A DNA stretch of 64,000 bases from Nitrospirota bacterium (GTDB lineage Bacteria > Nitrospirota > UBA9217). This document shows positions 10,145-23,037 of the stretch, one piece after another. Both the position numbers and the translations under genes were made by a program. The notes beneath the pieces are model-generated. The model did not search any database, had not been told where the DNA came from, and saw nothing but the letters and a program-made list of their open reading frames with translations. How positions within the stretch are numbered: the stretch's first letter is position 1; the number at the start of each line of letters is the position of its first letter. The stretch covers positions 128,001 through 192,000 of the forward strand of contig CAVVUN010000002.1 in assembly GCA_963751455.1 (NCBI GenBank), given 5' to 3'.

Positions 10145-11503
10145 TCAAGCCCTTGATTTCCGGAGTTTCACTGCAGCCTCTTCTCGTCTCCTTTTCGGGA
10201 AGATTCTTACCGGCGTTCCGCGAAACCCGAATGCTTCCCGCAGGTTATTCTCGATAAACCGCAGGTATGAAAAATGAACCCCATCCGGATAATTAACAAA
10301 AACTACGAATGTCGGCGGTTTTATCGCGACCTGCGTAATATAGAAATACTTGACCCGTCTGGAGCGGTATAGCGGCGGTTCATGGTGTGCGGCGAGTTTC
10401 TCAAAGACCCTGTTCAGTTCCGCCGTAGGCACCCGCTTTTCGCGCTCATTGATTACCAGGTCGATTTCCTCAAAGACCTTGGTAATGCGCTGACGGGTTT
10501 GGGCTGAAAGCGTTATTACCGCAGCGTAATCCGCAAACTTGAGCCTCTGCTGCACGTCCTTCATGAAGCGTTTATACGCCTCCTCTTTGTCCTGTATGAG
10601 GTCCCATTTGTTGAGGACGATTATTATTCCCTTGCCTTCCTCGTGAGCGAGCCCGACAATCCTCTCGTCCTGTTCGGTAATGCCCTCGGAAGCATCGATC
10701 AGGACAAGGGCCACATCGGCCCGGCCCAGGCTTTTCATGGCACGCATGACGCTGTACTTTTCGACACCCTGGCTGATTCGGCCCCGGCTTCTGATTCCGG
10801 CCGTATCCACGAGAATATACTTTTTGCCGTAGTATTGATACAGGCTGTCGACTGCGTCCCGTGTGGTGCCTGCAACCGGACTTACGATCATGCGCTCCTC
10901 TCCGACGAGCGCGTTTACGAACGAAGATTTCCCGACATTCGGACGTCCGATGATCGCTATTCTCGGTATTGCAACCTGCTCTCCTTCTTCCGCCGGCTCT
11001 GCAATAACCGGGAGCATGTCAGCGAGCTTATCCATGAGCTCCGAAAATCCCGCGCCATGCTGGGCGGACAGAGGAAAGAGCGCATCGGCGCCGAGACGAT
11101 AGAATTCCGGCACCATCTCTTCATGCTTCTCGGAATCCACTTTGTTGACCGCGTAAATGACCGGTTTCCCGGAGACGCGCAGGCGCTGCGAAACCTCGAT
11201 ATCGGCCGGCATGACTCCCTGTCTGCTGTCGAGCAGAAAAATGATGAAGTCTGCTTCTTCAACAGCCAGCGTTGCCTGTTCCCGGATCCTTGTGTACATC
11301 GGATCTTCGGTTTCAGGCTCGAACCCGCCGGTGTCCACGAGCAGAAAAGGTTTGCCTTCCCACTCCGCCTCGGCGTAGTTGCGGTCTCTCGTCACTCCCG
11401 GCATGTCCTCTACGATTGCGAGGTTCCTGCCGATTATGCGGTTGAACAGCGTGGACTTGCCGACATTCGGCCGGCCCACTATGGCGACGACTGGTTTATG
11501 CAT
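10145..11503 (-). CDS. der: Ribosome biogenesis GTPase Der (EngA)
   Basis: Two GRPNVGKS P-loops, DTGG/DTAG, NKVD/NKWD; start MHKPVVAIV at 11503. Confidence 0.97.
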   Translation of the reverse strand: MHKPVVAIVGRPNVGKSTLFNRIIGRNLAIVEDMPGVTRDRNYAEAEWEGKPFLLVDTGGFEPETEDPMYTRIREQATLAVEEADFIIFLLDSRQGVMPADIEVSQRLRVSGKPVIYAVNKVDSEKHEEMVPEFYRLGADALFPLSAQHGAGFSELMDKLADMLPVIAEPAEEGEQVAIPRIAIIGRPNVGKSSFVNALVGEERMIVSPVAGTTRDAVDSLYQYYGKKYILVDTAGIRSRGRISQGVEKYSVMRAMKSLGRADVALVLIDASEGITEQDERIVGLAHEEGKGIIIVLNKWDLIQDKEEAYKRFMKDVQQRLKFADYAAVITLSAQTRQRITKVFEEIDLVINEREKRVPTAELNRVFEKLAAHHEPPLYRSRRVKYFYITQVAIKPPTFVVFVNYPDGVHFSYLRFIENNLREAFGFRGTPVRIFPKRRREEAAVKLRKSRA

Positions 11504-11718
11504 GATTGATAACCGGGGGAGAGCGCAAAGCGTTAAGCGTTTTTTTGCTATGCGCCATGCCCTATACGCTATGCTTTCTTTGCGCGGAGCTGTCTTTGTG
11601 CAATGTGCCCTGTGCAAATGATACTATAACATTATTACGCTTGGCAGTTCAAGAAAAAACCTTGCGAAGGCCCGGTAATTATGTTATTTTTCATGTTCAA
11701 TACAATTACGGAGGCCGC

Positions 11719-12240
11719 ATGCGAAACCATCTCGTTCTTGCAGTGTGTTTCCTCTTGTTTTCCGCCGCTCCGTCACGGGCGGAATTCTACCGGTGGGTGG
11801 ACAAGGATGGGAAAGAGTTCTACACGAATGAGTTGAAGCAGGTGCCGCAGGAATACCGGGACCACGCCGCGGTCGTGAAGCCGGACTCAGAGCGTGTGAA
11901 CAGGGGCGGCAACGCTGTCGCTCCCGACGGACCGGGTGGACCGGTCAGGGAGCACAGGGACAAATACGGAAGAGGGGAAGAGTATTGGCGAAAACGGGCC
12001 CAGAACATTCGCCTGAAATTGCGCGACCAGCAGGATGAATATGATCTGGTAATAAAGCAGCTGGATCAGGACGAGAAGCCGAAAAAATCGGCGGGTAAAA
12101 AGAAAAAATCAGGTTCCAGCCTTGGAAACAAGAAAATAAAGCTGGAACAGGACATGGCGAAAATGAGACGTTTGCTCGAGGTGGATCTTCCCGAGGAGGC
12201 CCGCAGGGCGGACGCGTATCCGGGCTGGCTGCGGGAATGA
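11719..12240 (+). CDS. DUF4124 domain exported protein
   Basis: Signal peptide, AEFYRWVDKDG...YTN, then coiled coil. Confidence 0.85.
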   Translation: MRNHLVLAVCFLLFSAAPSRAEFYRWVDKDGKEFYTNELKQVPQEYRDHAAVVKPDSERVNRGGNAVAPDGPGGPVREHRDKYGRGEEYWRKRAQNIRLKLRDQQDEYDLVIKQLDQDEKPKKSAGKKKKSGSSLGNKKIKLEQDMAKMRRLLEVDLPEEARRADAYPGWLRE

Positions 12241-12280
12241 TCGACACCTCCCGGCGTGAGCTTCATGGGGGCATCGGCGA

Positions 12281-12952
12281 ATGAAGGAAATAATTATTGC
12301 CCGGAGCATATTGCATTCAATAGGGGACGAAGGAACCCTCTTCAGCCGCGGAAACATCACGACCCATGCTGCCCGCAGCTCGGAGGAAATCCTGAACCTG
12401 CACGGCGTTCACAGGGCGGACCTTATCATCACCGACGTCGGGTTGCCGCTTATGGGAGCGTCAGCACTCTGCTCGGCAATACGTTCAAATCAGGATTTAA
12501 AAAACGTATCGATCATCGCTGTCTGCGAAGGGACACCGGAATCGATCGCCCAATGCCGGGATGTACGGGCCAATGCCGTTTTGCCCAAGCCGATAGACCG
12601 TGTTCAGTTTTTTTCAAAGATATCTGAACTGCTCGTGATACCTCAACGGAAAGACCTCAGGTCCCTTCTCCGCCTTTCAGTGCAGGGAAATCAAGGAGAA
12701 AACGGTTTTTTCGCAATGTCGCATAACATCAGCATTTCGGGCATGCTGATTGAGTCCGATCATGTGCTCAAGGAAGGTGATAAATTCTTCTGCACGTTCA
12801 ATATCTCCCACAGCGAGATCCGTACGGAGTGTATGATCATGCGCGCTCAGACGGTTTCCGGAAGACGTAAATACGGCGTGAAATTTCTGAATTCCGATAC
12901 GAAATCCCTTGTGATCATAGACCAGTTTGTAAAAAGCCAGACGAAGCAGTGA
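12281..12952 (+). CDS. Receiver-like domain plus PilZ domain protein
   Basis: DLIITD...KP receiver; QRKDLR and NISISG PilZ motifs. Confidence 0.85.
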   Translation: MKEIIIARSILHSIGDEGTLFSRGNITTHAARSSEEILNLHGVHRADLIITDVGLPLMGASALCSAIRSNQDLKNVSIIAVCEGTPESIAQCRDVRANAVLPKPIDRVQFFSKISELLVIPQRKDLRSLLRLSVQGNQGENGFFAMSHNISISGMLIESDHVLKEGDKFFCTFNISHSEIRTECMIMRAQTVSGRRKYGVKFLNSDTKSLVIIDQFVKSQTKQ

Positions 12953-12964
12953 CAGAGAATGCAT

Positions 12965-13159
12965 TGCAAATCGGAAATTGTAAATATTAAAATGCAAATT
13001 TATGGAAGAAAAAGCCAACAAGTCAAAAATACTGAAAGAGCTAAGCCTTGAATGGGCACTCGATGAGACAACGCAGCTTTGTAATATTATCGGAAAATCA
13101 GTCGTGACAGCCAAGACACAGAAATAAATTTGCAATTTGACATTTGCAATTTGCAATTT
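12965..13159. repeat. Inverted heptamer arrays (TGCAAAT-like / ATTTGCA-like) bracketing a mini-ORF
   Basis: tgcaaatcggaaattgtaaatattaaaatgcaaat ... atttgcaatttgacatttgcaatttgcaattt. Confidence 0.85.
13002..13127 (+). pseudogene. Internally deleted four-helix-bundle protein remnant (41 aa)
   Basis: MEEKANKSKILKELSLEWALDETTQLCNIIGKSVVTAKTQK resembles the last helix of 23S-IVP-like four-helix-bundle proteins. Confidence 0.6.
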
Positions 13160-13173
13160 CATCAGGAGGCCTT

Positions 13174-15648
<2,475 letters not shown>

Positions 15649-15649
15649 A

Positions 15650-16288
15650 ATGACTCGAGGGACGAGGGATGAAATTAAAGACGAGGGACGAAAAAGGATT
15701 ACGTCCATCGTCCGAGCGAACAAAGTGAGCGGTCGTCCATCGTCCCGCGGATTCAAAGGCGGTCGTCCATCGTACATTGTGGTCCTGCTCGCGTTTTTGA
15801 TCATGCTGACCGCCTCCTGCGCTTACCATTTTTCCGGCACCGGATCCCTTCTGCCGCCCGGAGCCGATAATATTTCCGTTCCCGTTTTCTTTAATGCAAC
15901 GAGTGAACCGTACGTGGATGTGGAAGTAACGCAGGCAGTGGTAGAGGAATTTCTTACCGACGGCAGGCTCAAGGTCATGGCCCTTGAAGAAGCCGACTTG
16001 GTTCTGCGGGGCACGATCATCAAGTATGAAGTGGTCCCGCTGTCCTACAATCCCCAATCCTTTGTTCAGCAGTATCGTGTCCGTCTGGTTGTGGAAGCCG
16101 CACTCCAGGACATACGATCAAAGAAAATCCTGTGGCAGGAAAAAGGCATCGAGTCGAATTTCATCGCGGATTATGCCGTTACCCTGGGCAATATCACGGC
16201 CACGAAGACGGCAAAGGAAGCGGCAATCAAAAAGGCGAGCCAGGATATTGCGTGGACGCTGCGAAGCAGGATTTTGGAAGGATTCTAA
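15650..16288 (+). CDS. lptE: LPS assembly lipoprotein LptE family; repeat-derived N-terminus, start uncertain
   Basis: Lipobox TASC-AYHF; lies between leuS and holA. Confidence 0.85.
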   Translation: MTRGTRDEIKDEGRKRITSIVRANKVSGRPSSRGFKGGRPSYIVVLLAFLIMLTASCAYHFSGTGSLLPPGADNISVPVFFNATSEPYVDVEVTQAVVEEFLTDGRLKVMALEEADLVLRGTIIKYEVVPLSYNPQSFVQQYRVRLVVEAALQDIRSKKILWQEKGIESNFIADYAVTLGNITATKTAKEAAIKKASQDIAWTLRSRILEGF

Positions 16289-16402
16289 TGCCGTTCGATG
16301 CAGCATAGCGCATGGCGCAAAGCGCAGAGCGTAAACGATAAAGTCGCGAAACTGTTTGCTATGCTCTTATGCGCTCTGCCCTCTGCGGTTCTACTATAGC
16401 AA

Positions 16403-17403
16403 ATGCTCAAGTATTCCGAACTCATAGCCGGCCTGAAACAAGGCAGGATCCTCCCACTCTATCTTTTTTTCGGCGAAGAAGAATTTCTTATTCAGGAGGC
16501 GCTCGACCTCATCATCAAAAAGGTCGTAGATCCGGGAGCCAGCGACTTCAACTTCAATTCGATTTACTGCCGCGACACGCCCGCATCTGAAGTCGTCAAC
16601 CTGTGTCAGACGCTGCCGTTCATGTCTGAAAAGCGACTCGTTATCGCCAAAGATTTCGACGCGCTCAAGGCTGCCGATCTCGAAGCCGTTGTTGCCTATC
16701 TCAAGGAGCCTTCACCGAGCACATGCCTGGTAATGGTCGCTGCTATGGAAGATACGAAAAAAAGTCCATTATCTCGGCAGTGGATAAAAACGGCGCGGTG
16801 ACCAGATTTTATTCGCTCCTGGACCGTGAAATTACAGGATGGATCGAGGGACGAGCGAAGATCATGGGGTTGAGCATTCAGCGGGATGCAGCCCAATTTC
16901 TCTGGCAGACACTCGGCAATGACCTTCAAAAGATCGTGAACGAACTTGAAAAGGTCGCGATCTATAAAAAAGACAAGAAGAACGTCACCTTTGACGACGT
17001 GAAAGCGGTTGTCGGAAGCTTTCGGGAATACACCTCCTTTGATCTGGCCGATGCAGTCGGATCGAGGAACAAAGAAAAGGCGTTCCTTATTCTTACGCGC
17101 CTGGTCCAGGAAGGGGAGGCGCCCGTCGGCCTGCTCGGCTCAATTGCCTGGAATTTCCGGCGGCTTCTGCGCGCTAAATCGATGGAAGCGGCCGGCGTCG
17201 GGTTCGAGGAGATCAAGCGGAAACTGAACGTGATATTCCATCAATCAGCTTCATTTCAGGAACAGTTGCGGCGCTACACCATGAACGAATTACGGGAAGC
17301 ATTTGATGTCCTGCTTGCAGCGGACAAAACGCTCAAGTCCAGCGGTTTATCCGGAAGGCTTGTCCTGGAACGGATGATTATGAAGTTATGCGGCGTTGCC
17401 TGA
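16403..17403 (+). CDS. holA: DNA polymerase III delta subunit (frameshift near 16740)
   Basis: PLYLFFGEEEFL, TLPFMSEKRLV, GNDL..IVNELEK. Confidence 0.92.
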
Positions 17404-17481
17404 AGGGTATTATTTCCCGCAAAGGCGCAAGAGAAGGCCTGAATCCTCGGGCATTCTTGTGCGGGCCTTGCGAGAAAAGGT

Positions 17482-17751
17482 TTACGCAGCGTTGATTTTG
17501 CTTACCTTGCTTGACAGCCGGGATATCTTGCGGGATGCCGTGCTTTTATGCACGACGCCCTGAGAGGCGGCCTTGTCATATGCCCTTGTTGCCTTGATCA
17601 ACGATTCCTTCGCAATATCGGTGTTCTTGGCTTCTACGGCCTGTTCCACCTTTTTTGCAAGCGTTTTGAGCGCGGATTTTACGGATTTATTGAGCTCGTG
17701 CTTTTTGTCGGCCTGTTTCTGCCTTTTGATTGCTGATTTGTGTGTTGCCAC
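17482..17751 (-). CDS. rpsT: 30S ribosomal protein S20
   Basis: ATHKSAIKR...DKAASQGVVHKSTASRKISRL. Confidence 0.97.
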   Translation of the reverse strand: MATHKSAIKRQKQADKKHELNKSVKSALKTLAKKVEQAVEAKNTDIAKESLIKATRAYDKAASQGVVHKSTASRKISRLSSKVSKINAA

Positions 17752-17889
17752 TTCATGCCTCCTTAAGCGTTTAAAAACAGGTTATTCTTTTAACATAAAG
17801 ATGAGACAGGTGTCAAGTAAAAAAACCTTTTGTTACCGGGTGTTTTAAGATGATAGTACCGCTTATTTTACGAGAACAGGTGAATTTGA

Positions 17890-19458
17890 ATGTCTGAGAA
17901 TGTAAAAGTCGCGAAAGCTGCCGGGGTGGTCGGTTCAGCAACACTCGCCTCGCGCATCATGGGATATGTCCGCGATATGGTTATGTCCTGGGCGTTCGGC
18001 ACCGGCATAGCGGCGGACGCATTTTACGTGGCCTACAGGATCCCGAACCTTCTGAGGGAACTATTAGCCGAAGGGTCAATGTCGGCCGCGTTCATCCCGG
18101 TTTTTACCGAAACTCTTACCAGGGAGTCCAAGGAGAGCGCCCGACGCCTGGCCAATGCCGTCTTTGCCCGGTTGCTCGCGATCCTGGCGGTCCTGACCGT
18201 GCTCGGCATCGTCTTTGCGCCGTATGCGGTCAGGGCGATTGCGTGGGGCTTCAAGGCAGACCCCGAGAAGTATGCCACGACCGTTATGCTTACCAGGATC
18301 ATGTTTCCTTATCTCGTGTTTATCGGATTAGCCGCCCTTGCCATGGGCATGCTTAATTCCCTCCGGTCGTTTCTCGCGCCTGCTCTTTCGCCGGTTATGC
18401 TGAATATCATGACCATCTCATCGGTGGTGCTGAGTCTCTGGCTTCTGCCGAATCCCATTTACGGCGTTGCTGTCGGGGTGGTTATGGGCGGACTGTTCCA
18501 GTTCCTGATCCAGGTGCCGGGTCTCAAAAAGCAGGGGATGATGATGCGCCCCCGATTCCAGCCTACGCATCCGGGGGTGGCGAAGATCGGAAGGCTTTCC
18601 GTCCCGGTGATGCTGAGCTCCTCGGTTACCCAGGTCAACATTTTCATCAGCACGATCCTCGCATCGTTTCTTGCAACCGGCAGCATCGCGTACCTGTTCT
18701 ATGGAATGCGGTTCATCCACTTTCCGCTCGGCATCTTCGGGATCGCAATCGCAACGGCCATACTGCCCACAATGTCGGCCCAGGCCGCGCGAAAAGAGAC
18801 CGAGGCATTCCGGGAAACCCTTTCCATGGGGCTGCGGCTGGTGTTCTTTATCATGTTCCCCGCCATGGCCGGCCTGATTGCGCTTCGGGTGCCTATTGTC
18901 AATCTTTTGCTCGAACACGGCCAGTTCGACAGGGTGTCCACCATGGGGACTGCAACAGCCCTCCTGTATTATGCGATCGGGCTCTGGGCCTTCGCGGGCG
19001 TGCGTATCGTGGCGCAGGCTTTTTACTCCCTGCAAGATACAAAGACTCCTGTTAAAATCGCCGTCCTTGCCATGATTACGAATATTGTGCTCAGTATCGT
19101 ACTTATGGGTCCTCTGGCCCACGGTGGTCTGGCCCTTGCGACGTCTCTTGCGGCAATGCTGAACATCAGCCTGCTTACCATGCAACTCAGAAGGAAAATA
19201 GGCCGGATGGACGGCCGGAGAATCGCGGGATCGCTTCTGAAGATCATCCCGGCCTCGGTTGTGATGAGCGCAATCGGCTGGTGGACCAGCAAAAATCCCG
19301 TTTGGGGCCTGCCCGGGGATACCTTGTATAAATCAGGACTGCTGGTCGGCGGTATGGTCGGCAGCGTCGTTTTCTATGCGGTTATAATGCTGATACTCAA
19401 AAGCGAAGAGATGAAGTTTATATGGCAGATAGTGAAAAGAAAGAAAAGGAGCAAATAA
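17890..19458 (+). CDS. murJ: Lipid II flippase MurJ (MviN)
   Basis: SRIMGYVRD, RIPNLLRELLAEG, AFYSLQDTKTP. Confidence 0.97.
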   Translation: MSENVKVAKAAGVVGSATLASRIMGYVRDMVMSWAFGTGIAADAFYVAYRIPNLLRELLAEGSMSAAFIPVFTETLTRESKESARRLANAVFARLLAILAVLTVLGIVFAPYAVRAIAWGFKADPEKYATTVMLTRIMFPYLVFIGLAALAMGMLNSLRSFLAPALSPVMLNIMTISSVVLSLWLLPNPIYGVAVGVVMGGLFQFLIQVPGLKKQGMMMRPRFQPTHPGVAKIGRLSVPVMLSSSVTQVNIFISTILASFLATGSIAYLFYGMRFIHFPLGIFGIAIATAILPTMSAQAARKETEAFRETLSMGLRLVFFIMFPAMAGLIALRVPIVNLLLEHGQFDRVSTMGTATALLYYAIGLWAFAGVRIVAQAFYSLQDTKTPVKIAVLAMITNIVLSIVLMGPLAHGGLALATSLAAMLNISLLTMQLRRKIGRMDGRRIAGSLLKIIPASVVMSAIGWWTSKNPVWGLPGDTLYKSGLLVGGMVGSVVFYAVIMLILKSEEMKFIWQIVKRKKRSK

Positions 19459-20024
19459 TGATTTCGGATTGTAACATAAGTAAAACTGTTTTTCATACCA
19501 GTTTAGGGTGGGCCGGACTGGCTGTTTCCGAACAGGGAATAACCCGGGTCGTTCTGCCAAAGAAGAACAGGAGCACAGTCGAGCGGGAGCTGGCAGAGGT
19601 GAGTCATAAACAGAGAAAGTCGAATCTCCCTCAGTCCCCCTTAGTCAAAGGAGGAACCAGGCGATCTGATACGTTTACGGCAGCAGTTGAAGTTCTCCAA
19701 AAATACTTCTCCGGTAAAACCGTTGTGTCTGACGTACCTCTCGATTTACGCTATTATACGGCCTTTCAGCAGGCGGTCTGGCGGGCGGCAATCGATATCC
19801 CGTACGGCGAGACCAGGTCGTACGGCTGGATTGCGAAGAGAATAAAAAAGCCGGACGCAGCGCGGGCCGTCGGGCAGGCGATGGGCGCGAACCCCATACC
19901 GGTCATTATCCCTTGACACCGGGTTATCAACTCAGCAGGTACGCTGGGCGGGTTCTCGGGCGGGCTCGGAATGAAGAAAAAGCTGTTGGAATTAGAAAGA
20001 AAATTATATTTGGACGCAGATTAA
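19458..20024 (+). CDS. ogt: Methylated-DNA--protein methyltransferase (Ogt) with Sec at the active site (UGA 19914-19916)
   Basis: IPYGETRSY...[48 protein letters not shown]; hairpin ctcagc-aggtac-gctggg after the UGA. Confidence 0.9.
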
Positions 20025-20620
20025 CGCGGAAAATGCGGATCAGACTCACGTGTCGGCCGGGATTTCGCCCGGTAGACACGGCTCCTTCGGGGCAAAAATA
20101 ACAACAAAAAGTCAAAGGCGTCTCGCGCAAAGCCGCAAAGAACGCAAAGAAAACTTTAACGAGGCAAGGCCTCAGACCGATGAAAAAAATACCTTGGAAC
20201 CGCGAAGGCGCGAAGGACGCGAGGAAAGCAGGAATTGAAACGGGTTTAAACCAGAAATAAGATTTTTTTGTATGGTTTCCTTCGCGCTCCTCGCGCCTTC
20301 GCGGTAAATGCTTTTTAGCTTCTCAAAAACTTGACTCAAATTTAAAGATAATGCGAAGTAAAGGTTTTTAACGAGGCTACGCCTTAGACCAATAAAGCAA
20401 AAGCAAAACCTTAAAACCGGTCTCACACAAAGACACTAAGACACGGAGAAAGACAAAATCAGTTTTGCGGCGATTTGGCCTTCCTTTGCGAGCTTGGCGT
20501 CTTTGCGCGATATATTCCTGTTTTTGCATTAAATTCGTTTTAAAGATCCACAATCTTATAGGCGTAAGCGCCTAGGGTCATGAAAAAATCTGCGCTCATC
20601 TGCGCAAATCCGCGTCCCAG
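20010..20620. repeat. Nested cluster of inverted nonamer arrays and hairpins
   Basis: Outer pair ggacgcagattaacgcggaaaatgcggat / atctgcgctcatctgcgcaaatccgcgtcc; inner pairs cgcaaagccgcaaagaacgcaaag and cgcgaaggcgcgaaggacgcgagg with their inverses. Confidence 0.85.
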
Positions 20621-20651
20621 GTTTTTATCGTACCGAAAGGGTTTATAATCT

Positions 20652-21287
20652 ATGGTTGTCATACGACTTGTTGTTGGTCCTCTTCAGGTGAATTGCTTCA
20701 TCGTTGCAGACGAAAAGACGAAAGAAGCCGTTGTTATCGATCCCGGTGACGATGCAGGCGATATTTTGAAGATCATCAGGGAAAAGGCCCTTAAGGTTAA
20801 ATATCTCGTGAACACTCACGGCCATTTCGATCATATAGGGGCAAACAAGGCCGTCAAGGACGCAACAGGAGCGGAGTTGCTGATTCACGAAGCCGACGCG
20901 CCGGTGCTTGCCTCTGCCCCTATTCATTCAATGGCCTTCGGAATGAACTCCGTGTCATCTCCACAGGCTGACCGGTATGTCAAGCATGGCGACGTCATCA
21001 ATGCCGGCGAAGTGTCGCTCAAGGTCCTTCACACCCCCGGGCATTCGCCGGGAGGCATCAGCCTGCTGGAGCAGGGCATTGTCTTTACCGGAGATGCCCT
21101 GTTTTCGGGGTCCATCGGCAGAACAGATCTTCCCGGCGGGGATCTGATGACCCTGATCCGGTCCATTAAAACAAACCTTATGACACTGCCGGACGACACC
21201 AAGGTATGTTCGGGTCATGGCCCCGGATCAACGATTGGGGATGAGCGTGAGCAGAATCCCTTCCTGAATGAAGAGTCGGGATTTTGA
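20652..21287 (+). CDS. MBL-fold metallo-hydrolase (glyoxalase II-like)
   Basis: THGHFDH, TPGHSPG, GDALF, GHG. Confidence 0.95.
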   Translation: MVVIRLVVGPLQVNCFIVADEKTKEAVVIDPGDDAGDILKIIREKALKVKYLVNTHGHFDHIGANKAVKDATGAELLIHEADAPVLASAPIHSMAFGMNSVSSPQADRYVKHGDVINAGEVSLKVLHTPGHSPGGISLLEQGIVFTGDALFSGSIGRTDLPGGDLMTLIRSIKTNLMTLPDDTKVCSGHGPGSTIGDEREQNPFLNEESGF

Positions 21288-21380
21288 TAAGCGGTTTCGG
21301 AGTTGAGGTTTTTGATGCGGTATGGTAAACTAGAGAACTCGCTGATGAAGGATGAGATATCCGGTCCCCGCGTAGCGTGA

Positions 21381-22871
<1,491 letters not shown>

Positions 22872-23037
22872 TATGGACCGAGCCGACCGTGCCGGCGTTG
22901 AGGACGGCAACATGGTTGCCTTGGTCCAAAGAAATATGCGGCTGACGTCGGAGATGTCGAGTCGTTAAGTAAAGCAAACGCATTAATTTGTGTTAAATCT
23001 CCCCTGGCCCCTCTTTTCCAAAGAGGGGAATAAAATG

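Noticed and set aside
11504-11617. N-terminal extensions of der, leuS, ORF 932 and ORF 41736
   Set aside because: Translated repeat DNA upstream of better starts
20010-20620. CRISPR array
   Set aside because: Repeats are short, degenerate, inverted and nested, with no regular repeat-spacer pattern or cas genes
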